Part shown: piece by piece, positions 18,822 to 28,124 of the stretch | How positions within the stretch are numbered: position 1 is the first letter of the stretch | Layout: each line of letters begins with the position of its first letter | From: an uncultured Candidatus Poseidoniales archaeon | GTDB lineage: Archaea > Thermoplasmatota > Poseidoniia > Poseidoniales > Thalassarchaeaceae | Assembly: GCA_963968165.1 (NCBI GenBank) | Contig: CAXAFE010000002.1 | Span: 72,244-136,243 of the forward strand | Reading direction: 5' to 3' | Length of the DNA: 64,000 bases | Notes under the pieces: model-generated | Database searches by the model: none | Told to the model about the DNA's origin: nothing | Seen by the model: the letters and a program-made list of their open reading frames with translations, nothing else | Made by a program: the position numbers and the translations under genes

Positions 18822-20333
18822 TTAGGCCAATATAGCCTCAACGTCTTGTAATTTAGTAAAATAAATCAATGCATCTCTCAATACGGAAATAATTAGATCT
18901 ATTTCATTGGATGTAAGGGAGAAATGTGGAGTAAATCTTAGAGCGTTCTCTCCCCCATGTATAATTCCTAAACCATGGCATCTACACCATTCCTCTACCA
19001 TTCCTGGACCAATTACCGTCAACTTTTCTGGATCTAATTCAGCGCTTAATAGTAATCCAGTTCCTTGGATTTTCGTAATACATCCAGGTAATTCTTCTGA
19101 TAATAGTCTAAGCTTTTCCAAGAACTCAGTTCCCCTATCTACAATATTATTTCTTAATTCTGGCGTTATTTTATCCAAAACTGCTACAGCTGTTTCAAGA
19201 GCCCTAGGATTAGTGGTCATTGTATTACCATATATTCCAACTGCATACAAATTGGCAGCTTTTTCACTTAACCCAACTACTGAAAGAGGATATTGTCCAG
19301 CATTAAGTGCTTTTGACCACGTTTCCATATCAGGAACCTTACAATCTTCAAATCCTTCATAATCTACTATACTCAGGCACCCTTGACCCCTAATTCCTGC
19401 TTGGATTGAATCAACTAAGAGCATAGTGTCATTTTCGTCACATAACTTACGGGCTTCGTCATAGAATTCTCTCGTTATACACAAACCAGGGTTGCCTTCA
19501 CCCATAACAGGTTCAATAGCCATTAATTCAATGTAATTTCCATCTTTATTTGCTTTGGAGAAGGCCTCTCTCAATTTATCAATATTATTTGGAGGGACTA
19601 GAATAAGATTTTCACGATCACGAAATGTAGCTAGCTTGGAGTCGTATTTTTCTTTACATGAGTCAGAAATTTGTGCTGGCCTGTCTGTTCTACCATGGAA
19701 GCCTTGATTGAGAGCTAAAAATTTTGGAGTTTTACCTTCATGACGGCCTCCTTTAGATGTAACATTGAATGAATTTACATCTGAGATTCTCAAAGAAATG
19801 GTGACTGACTCTGAACCACTGTTTAAACAAACAAATTTACTAAATGGACAAAATCCTCTTTTGTAACCAACTTCATTTCTGAGTCTATCTGCTAATCTCT
19901 TATGGCTAAAAGAAGGAGTCATTACATTTGCCATAACCCAATTTTCTTTCATTGCCGATATGACGCCATCAGGCCCATGCCCCATTCCCAGCATACCATA
20001 TCCTCCATTATCATGTAAAACTGCTCCATGAGATGTCACAACCCAAGGACCTTTTGCAGCTATGGCGATGTAAGGGTTAATGGTGTATTTAGAGTAAAAA
20101 TTCACATAATCATTTTGTAATTTAATAATCAAATCTTTTTCATTCATATTCATGACATCTGCTCCAAAGTCTTCTAAAAGAATTTCTTGATTGACGAATG
20201 CCTCTCCGATTGCTTCAGGTAACAACGGATCCAATAAGCTAAATTTATCTATTAATTTATCACTTAAGCCGATTGTATCGGCATTTCCTGATTTGTTACG
20301 GATTGCAATTAGTTGCTTAAGGACAGATCTCAT
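18822..20333 (-). CDS. class III aminotransferase, L-lysine 6-aminotransferase-like
   Basis: VNFY..PYIAIAAKGPWVVT..GAVLHDNGGYGMLG, NSGSE, FHGRT, EPVMGEG, DSIQAG, SKAL; start 20333 preferred over 20447. Confidence 0.85.
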   Translation of the reverse strand: MRSVLKQLIAIRNKSGNADTIGLSDKLIDKFSLLDPLLPEAIGEAFVNQEILLEDFGADVMNMNEKDLIIKLQNDYVNFYSKYTINPYIAIAAKGPWVVTSHGAVLHDNGGYGMLGMGHGPDGVISAMKENWVMANVMTPSFSHKRLADRLRNEVGYKRGFCPFSKFVCLNSGSESVTISLRISDVNSFNVTSKGGRHEGKTPKFLALNQGFHGRTDRPAQISDSCKEKYDSKLATFRDRENLILVPPNNIDKLREAFSKANKDGNYIELMAIEPVMGEGNPGLCITREFYDEARKLCDENDTMLLVDSIQAGIRGQGCLSIVDYEGFEDCKVPDMETWSKALNAGQYPLSVVGLSEKAANLYAVGIYGNTMTTNPRALETAVAVLDKITPELRNNIVDRGTEFLEKLRLLSEELPGCITKIQGTGLLLSAELDPEKLTVIGPGMVEEWCRCHGLGIIHGGENALRFTPHFSLTSNEIDLIISVLRDALIYFTKLQDVEAILA

Positions 20334-20615
20334 GCTACTGCGAGACAGGAGGTTGTTCATCAATATTCTCTGAATAAATTCTCTTTCAGTAAGATAATAA
20401 AAAATTTCTATTTGAATTATTTTAAAAATAAAATTTCTGATAATCATATAAATAATTAAACTCAGTTTGATTTTTCAATTGAAAATTTCAATAATTATAA
20501 ATTTTTTATATTGAAAAATTAATTTTAATCATGGAATATATATAAGTGCCTTTGATACCTTGGCTTACTTGAGGAACGTGGCGGGGATGCAGAAACACCT
20601 ATCAGAGGAAATAAA

Positions 20616-21209
20616 ATGAATGAAGAATATAGAATACAAGAATTGTTACAGAGAGAGGTATATGTCGGAGATAAATTAGTTGGAATCATAACCGGTGAGA
20701 GATTTCATCCAAGTGATGATTATGTAAAATCAATGAGATTGCAAGTTGTAGATAATGTAGCAAATGAATACATGAGAAAGCCAGCTGAATACGCCCCATT
20801 ATCCAAGGAGTTAGTGCATAGTATTCGCTCCGATGGTGCGGTAAAATTATCAAAATCAATGAGAGAATTACAGCGAAGATGGAGAAATACAGTTAGAATT
20901 AATGAAAAGTTATTTGCTCCAGATGAATTACGAGATAGAGCAATATTAGATAATGATGGATCTGATATTGGTAATGTAATAGGATTAGTAAAAATCAAAA
21001 GAACATACAAAGGATTGGTAGTAAAACCACATTTTATGATGAAAACACGATTTTCATTACCTGAAACAATAATTGTTCCTGTTGGGCAACTATCTAGAAC
21101 AACGGCGAGGTTGGATGAAATAATCCTCAAGTGTTCGGCTAAAAGACTCACTACTTTACCAAGTTATTTGAAGCTAAATAGTGAAGATATTATTTTTGAT
21201 TTGGATTAA
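20616..21209 (+). CDS. tandem PRC-barrel protein
   Basis: Two repeats: ELLQREVYVGDKLVGII and ELRDRAILDNDGSDIGNV...IIVPV...DEIIL. Confidence 0.65.
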   Translation: MNEEYRIQELLQREVYVGDKLVGIITGERFHPSDDYVKSMRLQVVDNVANEYMRKPAEYAPLSKELVHSIRSDGAVKLSKSMRELQRRWRNTVRINEKLFAPDELRDRAILDNDGSDIGNVIGLVKIKRTYKGLVVKPHFMMKTRFSLPETIIVPVGQLSRTTARLDEIILKCSAKRLTTLPSYLKLNSEDIIFDLD

Positions 21210-21260
21210 GTCTACAGAGTAGTCTTCAAAAACAAAGTATAACTCGCAAGGCCTGCACAA

Positions 21261-21338
21261 GGACGTGTAGCTTAGTCTGGCTGGAGCACCCGGCTGATAA
21301 CCGGGAGGTCGCAAGTTCAAATCTTGTCATGTCCACCA
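21261..21338 (+). tRNA. tRNA-Ile(GAT)
   Basis: Acceptor GGACGTG/CATGTCC, anticodon arm CCCGG-CTGATAA-CCGGG, TTCAAAT T-loop, encoded CCA. Confidence 0.96.
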
Positions 21339-21369
21339 AATAACTCAACTGCGGTTAATCGACATAGTC

Positions 21370-22326
21370 ATGAAGGGAGAACTCTTCGAAGGAACCAATA
21401 TGCCAGTAGTTAGTGGTACTAATGGTGAAAAAATTGCTAAATCTTTGGCTAAAATTTTAAAGATGGATTATGTCAAAATGGAAGATAGGAGATTTCCAGA
21501 TGGTGAAGGATATGTCAGAATGCCAAAAGACAAAATTGAATCGGTAAGATCTGAAAAAGTGGTTTTGGTATCGAATACTTTCCCAGATTCTGGCATATTA
21601 AAAACAATTTTACTTCTTAATTCCATAATTGATGTTAGAAAAGGTGATTTAGAAAACATAAAGGAAGAAGAACCACAAAGTCTTGAAAGTATTGGAGGAG
21701 GGATAATTTTAGCAATTCCATATTATGGTTATTCAAGACAGGACAAAAGATTCGCTAAAGGTGAAGTCATATCTGCAAAAGTTATAGCTGAATTATTAAC
21801 CAATTACTGTGATGGAATGGTAATTCTAGATTTGCACGAACCTTTGGTAATGGAAAATCTTGATTTTCCGATACAATTTGTAAGTTCAATGCCTGAAATA
21901 GCTGAAAAATTAAGTAAGGATGTATTTCCTGATTTCATACTTAGTCCTGATAAAGGCGCTATAAAGAGAGCATCTGAGGTAGCCGACATAATAGGGTGTG
22001 AGTTTTCGTATTTAGAAAAAACCAGGATTGATGCTCACACAATTGAACACACTCCCAAAAATTTGGATGTATCAGGTAAAGTCGTAGCGATAGTTGATGA
22101 TATGATAAGTACCGGTGGTACGATTTGTAGAGCCAGTGATGCATTGAGGAGACAGGGCGCTGTTGAGGTTCATGCTGCATGTACCCATGGCCTATTTACT
22201 GGAGGAGCCATTACAAAAATGGCGAATCATGTTGATGGAGTTTACAGTACGGATTCATTAGCAAATCCTAGAGCTGTGGTTCCCTCTGCAATAGCATTAT
22301 CCAGAGGGGTAAGAAAATTAATTTAA
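21370..22326 (+). CDS. prs: ribose-phosphate pyrophosphokinase
   Basis: RFPDGE, PYYGYSRQDK, DLH, SPDKGA, VDDMISTGGT. Confidence 0.95.
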   Translation: MKGELFEGTNMPVVSGTNGEKIAKSLAKILKMDYVKMEDRRFPDGEGYVRMPKDKIESVRSEKVVLVSNTFPDSGILKTILLLNSIIDVRKGDLENIKEEEPQSLESIGGGIILAIPYYGYSRQDKRFAKGEVISAKVIAELLTNYCDGMVILDLHEPLVMENLDFPIQFVSSMPEIAEKLSKDVFPDFILSPDKGAIKRASEVADIIGCEFSYLEKTRIDAHTIEHTPKNLDVSGKVVAIVDDMISTGGTICRASDALRRQGAVEVHAACTHGLFTGGAITKMANHVDGVYSTDSLANPRAVVPSAIALSRGVRKLI

Positions 22327-22411
22327 TTGAAGTTGTAAAAATTATTTTCAATGCGTTGCGTTTATATCAACCAAGTCGTGCGACGGCTTACCTACATGAG
22401 GAGATTATCTA

Positions 22412-22792
22412 ATGAGTGTACATATATCGTTTGAAACCCCACAAGACGTGCAAGAGCAAGTTTATGAAATGGTCAAGGCCATTGGGAAGAATGAACGTGG
22501 TAGGTTAAAGAAAGGTGCTAATGAAGTAACAAAGGCAGCAGAAAGAGGTACTGCTAAAATGATAGTTATGGCAGAAAATGTTAGTCCTGGCGAACTACTG
22601 GCTCATATCCCTATGATATGTAAAGAAAAAGAAATTCCATTTATTTATGTTGCTGATCAGACATTCCTTGCTGAAGCAGCGGGGATGACTACTGGGACTA
22701 AAACTGCTGCTGTAGCAGTTATTTCCATGGAAAAAGATGCACAAGATAGATTTAATGAAATAAAAGGTCATTATGAAACATTATCCAGCTGA
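22412..22792 (+). CDS. rpl7ae: ribosomal protein L7Ae (also box C/D core protein)
   Basis: KKGANEVTKAAERG...CKEKEIP. Confidence 0.95.
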   Translation: MSVHISFETPQDVQEQVYEMVKAIGKNERGRLKKGANEVTKAAERGTAKMIVMAENVSPGELLAHIPMICKEKEIPFIYVADQTFLAEAAGMTTGTKTAAVAVISMEKDAQDRFNEIKGHYETLSS

Positions 22793-22816
22793 GAATTATA
22801 AAAAGGAGAGATAATT

Positions 22817-23035
22817 ATGGCAAAAGAAGCATGGCCAGCAGAAGTTGTGGAAATTGTTGGAAGAACCGGCATGACTGGTGAAGCAACACAAGTAAAAGTC
22901 AGAGTAAATGATTCAAATAATCCAAGAGATATTGGTAGAATAATAGCTAGAAATGTAGTTGGACCAATTCGAGTTGGAGATATTCTAATGTTAAGAGATA
23001 CTGGTCGAGAAGCTCGTAGACTGGGAACTAGGTAA
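22817..23035 (+). CDS. rps28e: 30S ribosomal protein eS28
   Basis: [27 protein letters not shown]. Confidence 0.96.
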   Translation: MAKEAWPAEVVEIVGRTGMTGEATQVKVRVNDSNNPRDIGRIIARNVVGPIRVGDILMLRDTGREARRLGTR

Positions 23036-23043
23036 GTGATTAA

Positions 23044-23235
23044 ATGCCGGAAAGAAGAATTTGCAGTTTCTCTCATGAAGAAATTGAACCAGGCACTGGG
23101 ATGATGTTTGTTAAGAGAGATGGTTCAGTTATGTGGTTTAAAGATAGTAAAGCACGTAAAAATGCATTAAAACTAAGACGTAATCCTAGAAGATTAAAAT
23201 GGACACAACGTTATGAAAAGGGCGGAATTAAGTAA
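23044..23235 (+). CDS. rpl24e: 50S ribosomal protein eL24
   Basis: IEPGTGMMFVKRDG, RNPRRLKWT; synteny with S28e. Confidence 0.95.
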   Translation: MPERRICSFSHEEIEPGTGMMFVKRDGSVMWFKDSKARKNALKLRRNPRRLKWTQRYEKGGIK

Positions 23236-23289
23236 CTCTTACGCTTTTTAGTAACTCTTAAGATGTTTATATTATCATAACAATCATAT

Positions 23290-23745
23290 TTATTGTGCTG
23301 TGATAGTATATTCTACTCTTGCTGCATCATTCTCATCTGCAGAAAGAAGTCCTGATTGATCCGGAGGTTGTGCTTCTCCACAGTCAGTATTATCTAATAC
23401 TGTTACATAAGTGCCAGATTGTGTGTTAAATTCAATATCTACATTTGCTGTGTTTGGATCACTTAACTGGGAAATATAATTAAAATTATCACACTCTTTG
23501 TAGTTTTCATAGTTTAATTCAGTCATAGTGTACAGATCGATATTAGGTCCATCCAAGAGTTTTAAATTAATTCGTATAACGCTATTACTTTCAATTGTCC
23601 AAGTTAATTTTATATGTTCATCTTCATCTATGAAAATGGTATCATCAAACAACTCTTGTTCTGGATTAATGGTATCTTCGACGCTTGATAAGCACCCTGA
23701 TGACGTTAAAATAATACTTACCAGGAATATGTGTATAATTCTCAT
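23290..23745 (-). CDS. hypothetical acidic lipoprotein
   Basis: MRIIHIFLVSIILTSSGCL lipobox-like signal; beta-rich acidic domain ending GTYVTVLDNT. Confidence 0.65.
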   Translation of the reverse strand: MRIIHIFLVSIILTSSGCLSSVEDTINPEQELFDDTIFIDEDEHIKLTWTIESNSVIRINLKLLDGPNIDLYTMTELNYENYKECDNFNYISQLSDPNTANVDIEFNTQSGTYVTVLDNTDCGEAQPPDQSGLLSADENDAARVEYTITAQ

Positions 23746-23848
23746 AGTTGCCGGAGGTACACCGAGCAAATCAATAATTCGGCTCATTGAGCGAAGATGA
23801 GTGGAATTTTACTTTGCGTTGAAATAGGGGATGTTGTTCGCACGTGAT

Positions 23849-24304
23849 ATGGAAGATATGCAGACTACCTATATAATGATTAAACCAGATGGGGTTCAAC
23901 GAGGATTAGTTGGAGAAATTATAACAAGATTTGAAAATAAGGGACTTCGATTGGTAGGCCTCAGGCAATTAATACCATCTAACGAAATAGCCGAGGCTCA
24001 CTATTCCATCCATAGAGAAAGGCCTTTTTACACTGGTTTGATTAAATTCATAACCTCAGGCCCTGTTGTAGGAATGGCATGGACCGGAGTAGAGGCCATT
24101 AAAGTAGCACGTAATATCATTGGTCCAACAAATGGAAGAGAGGCTCTGCCCGGAACAATAAGAGGAGATTTAGCTATGGACATTGGCCATAATATAATTC
24201 ATGGCTCAGATTCAGAAGATACGGCTGCCTACGAGTTAGGATTATGGTTTCCCGAAGGTCTTTCTGAATGGACAAGAGATGCTGAAACTCAGATTTATGA
24301 ATAA
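23849..24304 (+). CDS. ndk: nucleoside diphosphate kinase
   Basis: [30 protein letters not shown]. Confidence 0.97.
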   Translation: MEDMQTTYIMIKPDGVQRGLVGEIITRFENKGLRLVGLRQLIPSNEIAEAHYSIHRERPFYTGLIKFITSGPVVGMAWTGVEAIKVARNIIGPTNGREALPGTIRGDLAMDIGHNIIHGSDSEDTAAYELGLWFPEGLSEWTRDAETQIYE

Positions 24305-24342
24305 TTATTTTATTTGAGAGATGAAAATATGGAGGAGATAAT

Positions 24343-26121
24343 ATGGAAAAAACTAGGCAACCTATTATCGCAATATTGGGCCATGTGGATCATGGTAAAA
24401 CTTCATTATTGGACCATGTAAGGTCTTTGGGGAATGACTCTCGATCATCAGTAATGGATAGAGAAGCCGGTGGAATTACTCAACATATAGGGGCAACTGA
24501 AGTTCCTGCTAAAATTTTAAATGAATTATGTGCTGAGTTGTTAGGAGGAAAAATTTTCGATTCTCCGGGATTGCTGTTTATTGATACGCCGGGACATCAA
24601 TCATTTTCCGCATTGAGATCACGAGGAGGGGCTTTGGCCGATATAGCAATTCTATTGGTTGATATAAACGAAGGGTGTAAGCCACAAACTATCGAATCTA
24701 TCCGTATTCTGAAGGAATCAAAGACGCCTTTTGTAATTGCAGCGAATAAAGTGGATAGAGTGCATGGTTGGAGGTCAATTTATGGTCGATCTATGGCTCG
24801 TGCACTAAAAGAGCAATCTAGCGAGGCTTTGGAGTTATTTGAAAGAAAGTATTGGAAATTGGTTGGTCAATTCGCAGAGTATGGGTTAAACATCGAAAGA
24901 TATGATAGAGTTAAAGATTTTACAAAAGATATTGCGGTTGTACCGGCATCTGCTCGAGAAGGAGAAGGGATGCAGGATCTTCTGGCAGTTGTTATAGGCC
25001 TAGCAGAAAGATATTTAGTAGATAAATTATCAGATTTTAAAGGTCCCGGAGAAGGGACAGTGCTAGAAATGAAAGAAGAGCGAGGTCTTGGTAAAACATT
25101 GGATGTAATTTTACATAGGGGATCTATAAAAAAGGGAGATAAAATAGTATTAGTAACTAACGAAGGCGGAATATCTACTCGTATCAAAGGTATGTTTAGC
25201 CCACGTGGAATGAGCGAAATGCGAGATGCTGGAAATAGATGGGATGATGTAAACGTAGTACATGCTGCTTCTGGTTTAAAAATTAGTGCAGTCGGTTTAG
25301 ACGGCGTGCTGGCAGGGACCACATTAAGAGTAGTGAATAGTGATTCAGAGATTAAAATGGCTATGGATGCAGCGGACGCTGAGTCAGAGTTATCTATTGA
25401 ATTAAGCGAAGAGGGAGTGTGCATAAAATCGGATACTGTAGGTGGATTGGAGGCTCTATCAAAAGAATTGATCAGTATGGGCATACCAATACGAACTGCA
25501 TCAATAGGGAAAGTTGGGCGAAAAGATGTTAGAAGTGTAGAAACATCTGTAGATCCTTTTCATAGGATAATAATGGCATTTAATACTGATATCTTGTATG
25601 ATGCTGAAGTAGAAATTGAAAAGTCTGAAAATAATGTCAAGTATATAAGTTCTGATATTATATATAGGATCCTAGAAGAACACGAAGAATGGGTAAACTT
25701 GAGAAAGGAAGAAATTGAAGAGGAAAATAGAGTAGAAGTAATATATCCCGGAAGAATAAGATTACTTCCAAATCATACATTTAGAGCATCAAAGCCTGCC
25801 TTAGTAGGAGTAAGAATACTTGGAGGAAGGATACAAGTGGGACAGCGACTACTAAAAAATGGGAATAGAATTGGTAGGATAAAGTCGATAAGATCGGGTC
25901 AAGATAGTATGAAGGAATCTATACAAGGATCAGAAGTTGCAGTTGCTATCGATGGTGTTACCGTAGGAAGACAAATTGAAGAAGGTGATGAATTATTGGT
26001 AGATATTCCAGAATCACATGCTAGAAAACTAAACAAAATGGATATAACATCTTCTGAAAGAGAAGTATTAGATGAATTATTTCATATTCATCGTAAGAAA
26101 GATCATTTCTGGGGAAGATGA
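24343..26121 (+). CDS. infB: translation initiation factor IF-2 (aIF5B)
   Basis: GHVDHGKT, EAGGITQHIGA, DTPGH, NKVD, C-terminal FWGR. Confidence 0.97.
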   Translation: MEKTRQPIIAILGHVDHGKTSLLDHVRSLGNDSRSSVMDREAGGITQHIGATEVPAKILNELCAELLGGKIFDSPGLLFIDTPGHQSFSALRSRGGALADIAILLVDINEGCKPQTIESIRILKESKTPFVIAANKVDRVHGWRSIYGRSMARALKEQSSEALELFERKYWKLVGQFAEYGLNIERYDRVKDFTKDIAVVPASAREGEGMQDLLAVVIGLAERYLVDKLSDFKGPGEGTVLEMKEERGLGKTLDVILHRGSIKKGDKIVLVTNEGGISTRIKGMFSPRGMSEMRDAGNRWDDVNVVHAASGLKISAVGLDGVLAGTTLRVVNSDSEIKMAMDAADAESELSIELSEEGVCIKSDTVGGLEALSKELISMGIPIRTASIGKVGRKDVRSVETSVDPFHRIIMAFNTDILYDAEVEIEKSENNVKYISSDIIYRILEEHEEWVNLRKEEIEEENRVEVIYPGRIRLLPNHTFRASKPALVGVRILGGRIQVGQRLLKNGNRIGRIKSIRSGQDSMKESIQGSEVAVAIDGVTVGRQIEEGDELLVDIPESHARKLNKMDITSSEREVLDELFHIHRKKDHFWGR

Positions 26122-26197
26122 ATTGAAGAATTAAAGGTTCAGCCACACCGAACACTCAAGTAGTGAATAAAGTGGGCTAGTGATAGAGGTGTATGCA

Positions 26198-27181
26198 ATG
26201 GCTATGGCAGGAAGTAATCCTAAATCTAGAGAACTAATAAATACTGTATCTCAGATTTCAAATTCTCTTATGAATGAAGTCTCAAAGGTAATCATTGGAA
26301 AGCAAGAGAATTTACGTAGAATAGCAGTAGGAATATTATCAAATGGTAATATACTCATTGAAGATGTTCCAGGTACTGCCAAGACACTGATGGCGAATAC
26401 ATTCGCTACTGCTCTTGGATGTAAGTTTAAGAGAGTTCAATTTACTCCCGATTTACTACCTGCAGACATCATGGGAACTTACATGTATGATCAACAAGCG
26501 GGAGAATTTAAACTACGTCCAGGACCACTTTTTACAAATATATTACTTGCCGATGAAATAAACAGAGCTCCTCCTAAAACACAAGCTGCCCTATTAGAAG
26601 CAATGGAAGAGAAGCAAGTAACAATAGAAGGAATAACGCATAAATTACCTGCTCCATTCGTGACTATGGCTACCCAAAATCCAATCGAACAGGAAGGAAC
26701 ATATCCTCTTCCTGAGGCTCAAATGGATAGATTCTTGATGAAAATGAGTATGGGATATCCAAATAGACAAGAAGAAAGGGCAATATTACAGAGAAGAAAA
26801 TTGAGAGGGAAGGATGATCATGAGACTGAAAAAATCACATCTCCAAATAAAGTCGTAGCAATGCAAAAAGCCTTAGAAACCGTGCATGTGGACCCAGCAA
26901 TAATGCAATATATAGTGGAATTAGTTTGGAGAACTAGGGAGGATCATAGGATAATAACCGGTGCATCCCCTCGTGCTAGTCAATCGCTTTTCAAATCATG
27001 CAGGGCATCGGCAGCAATTGATGGTAGAGATTACGTAATACCTGACGATATTAAGAATATAGCTCTACAAATTGTTAGTCATAGAATTGTACTGAAGCCA
27101 GAATCTAAGATAAGAGGAGTCACGGGGCAACATATAATGAGGAAGATTTTGGGCGAGGTTAAGGTTCCAGTAATTCAATAA
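26198..27181 (+). CDS. MoxR-family AAA+ ATPase
   Basis: EDVPGTAKT, RVQFTPDLLPAD, DEINRAPPKTQ, ATQNPIEQEGTYPLPEAQMDRF. Confidence 0.95.
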   Translation: MAMAGSNPKSRELINTVSQISNSLMNEVSKVIIGKQENLRRIAVGILSNGNILIEDVPGTAKTLMANTFATALGCKFKRVQFTPDLLPADIMGTYMYDQQAGEFKLRPGPLFTNILLADEINRAPPKTQAALLEAMEEKQVTIEGITHKLPAPFVTMATQNPIEQEGTYPLPEAQMDRFLMKMSMGYPNRQEERAILQRRKLRGKDDHETEKITSPNKVVAMQKALETVHVDPAIMQYIVELVWRTREDHRIITGASPRASQSLFKSCRASAAIDGRDYVIPDDIKNIALQIVSHRIVLKPESKIRGVTGQHIMRKILGEVKVPVIQ

Positions 27182-27221
27182 GTAGATAAAATCAATTAAC
27201 TAAGATGTCTGCCTAACTAAC

Positions 27222-28124
27222 ATGGCAATCATCATAGCTTGTGTAAATCATAAGGGAGGGTGTGGTAAAACCACTACTGCAGTCAACCTTGCTACTTCAC
27301 TTTCTATTGGAAATGAAGATTTTAAAATTCCACCGAGAAAAGTCCTGCTTATTGATTTGGATCCAAAAGGAAATATTTCGACTACTTTTGGACTAGATAA
27401 AAATTCTATAAGTTTGACTATGAATGAGCTATTTAGAAGTGAAATAGAAGGTTCAAATATTAATGTAAAAGATTTTTTAGTAAGTCCAACAATAATTACA
27501 AAATCAATGAGATCTGCTTGGGAAAAGCATAATCCAAAAAAAATACGAGGAGCACCAAAAAATATTGAAATTAATAATCTATGGATACTACCTGCAGATT
27601 TAGATTTATCAGGAATAGAAATAGATTTGGCCACTAGAATGGGCAGAGAAAATAGATTAGAAATAGCTATTAGACAGATAAGTATGGATTTTGATATAAT
27701 AATTATTGATACTCCGGCTTCTTTAGGGTTATTGACAATTAATGCATTAGCGGCTGCTGAGTGGATTTTGATTCCAATACAATCAGAATTTTATGCCCTA
27801 GAAGGAATGAGTCAACTTATGAATTCAATTAGAGATGTACAAAAGGCTGTTAATCCTAATCTGAAGTTATTTGGTATACTGCTTACAATGGTTCAGACAA
27901 GAAGTAAATTATGCGAAACAGTTGTCGAACAGGCTCGTAGATATTTTGGAGAAAGTGTCTTTAAGACACAAATTCAACGTTCTATTTCAATTGCTGAAGC
28001 ACCATTAGAAGGGACTCCAATAGTACTTTCTCATAAACCAAATAAATCAAATCAAGGTAGCGATGGATATTGGCATTTGGCAAAAGAAGCTAACGATAGA
28101 ATTAAAAAAATACTTAAAGATTAG
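27222..28124 (+). CDS. ParA/Soj-family ATPase
   Basis: NHKGGCGKTT deviant Walker A, DLDPKGN, IDTPASLG, PIQSEFYALEG, IAEAP. Confidence 0.92.
   Translation: MAIIIACVNHKGGCGKTTTAVNLATSLSIGNEDFKIPPRKVLLIDLDPKGNISTTFGLDKNSISLTMNELFRSEIEGSNINVKDFLVSPTIITKSMRSAWEKHNPKKIRGAPKNIEINNLWILPADLDLSGIEIDLATRMGRENRLEIAIRQISMDFDIIIIDTPASLGLLTINALAAAEWILIPIQSEFYALEGMSQLMNSIRDVQKAVNPNLKLFGILLTMVQTRSKLCETVVEQARRYFGESVFKTQIQRSISIAEAPLEGTPIVLSHKPNKSNQGSDGYWHLAKEANDRIKKILKD

Noticed and set aside
20390..20545. AT-rich stretch with imperfect inverted repeats (origin or MITE)
   Set aside because: Low-complexity A/T palindromes are expected by chance; no target duplication
24867..25484. Long antisense ORFs (also 30660..31322, 39049..39624 and similar)
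   Set aside because: Shadow frames of well-supported genes with no recognisable motifs
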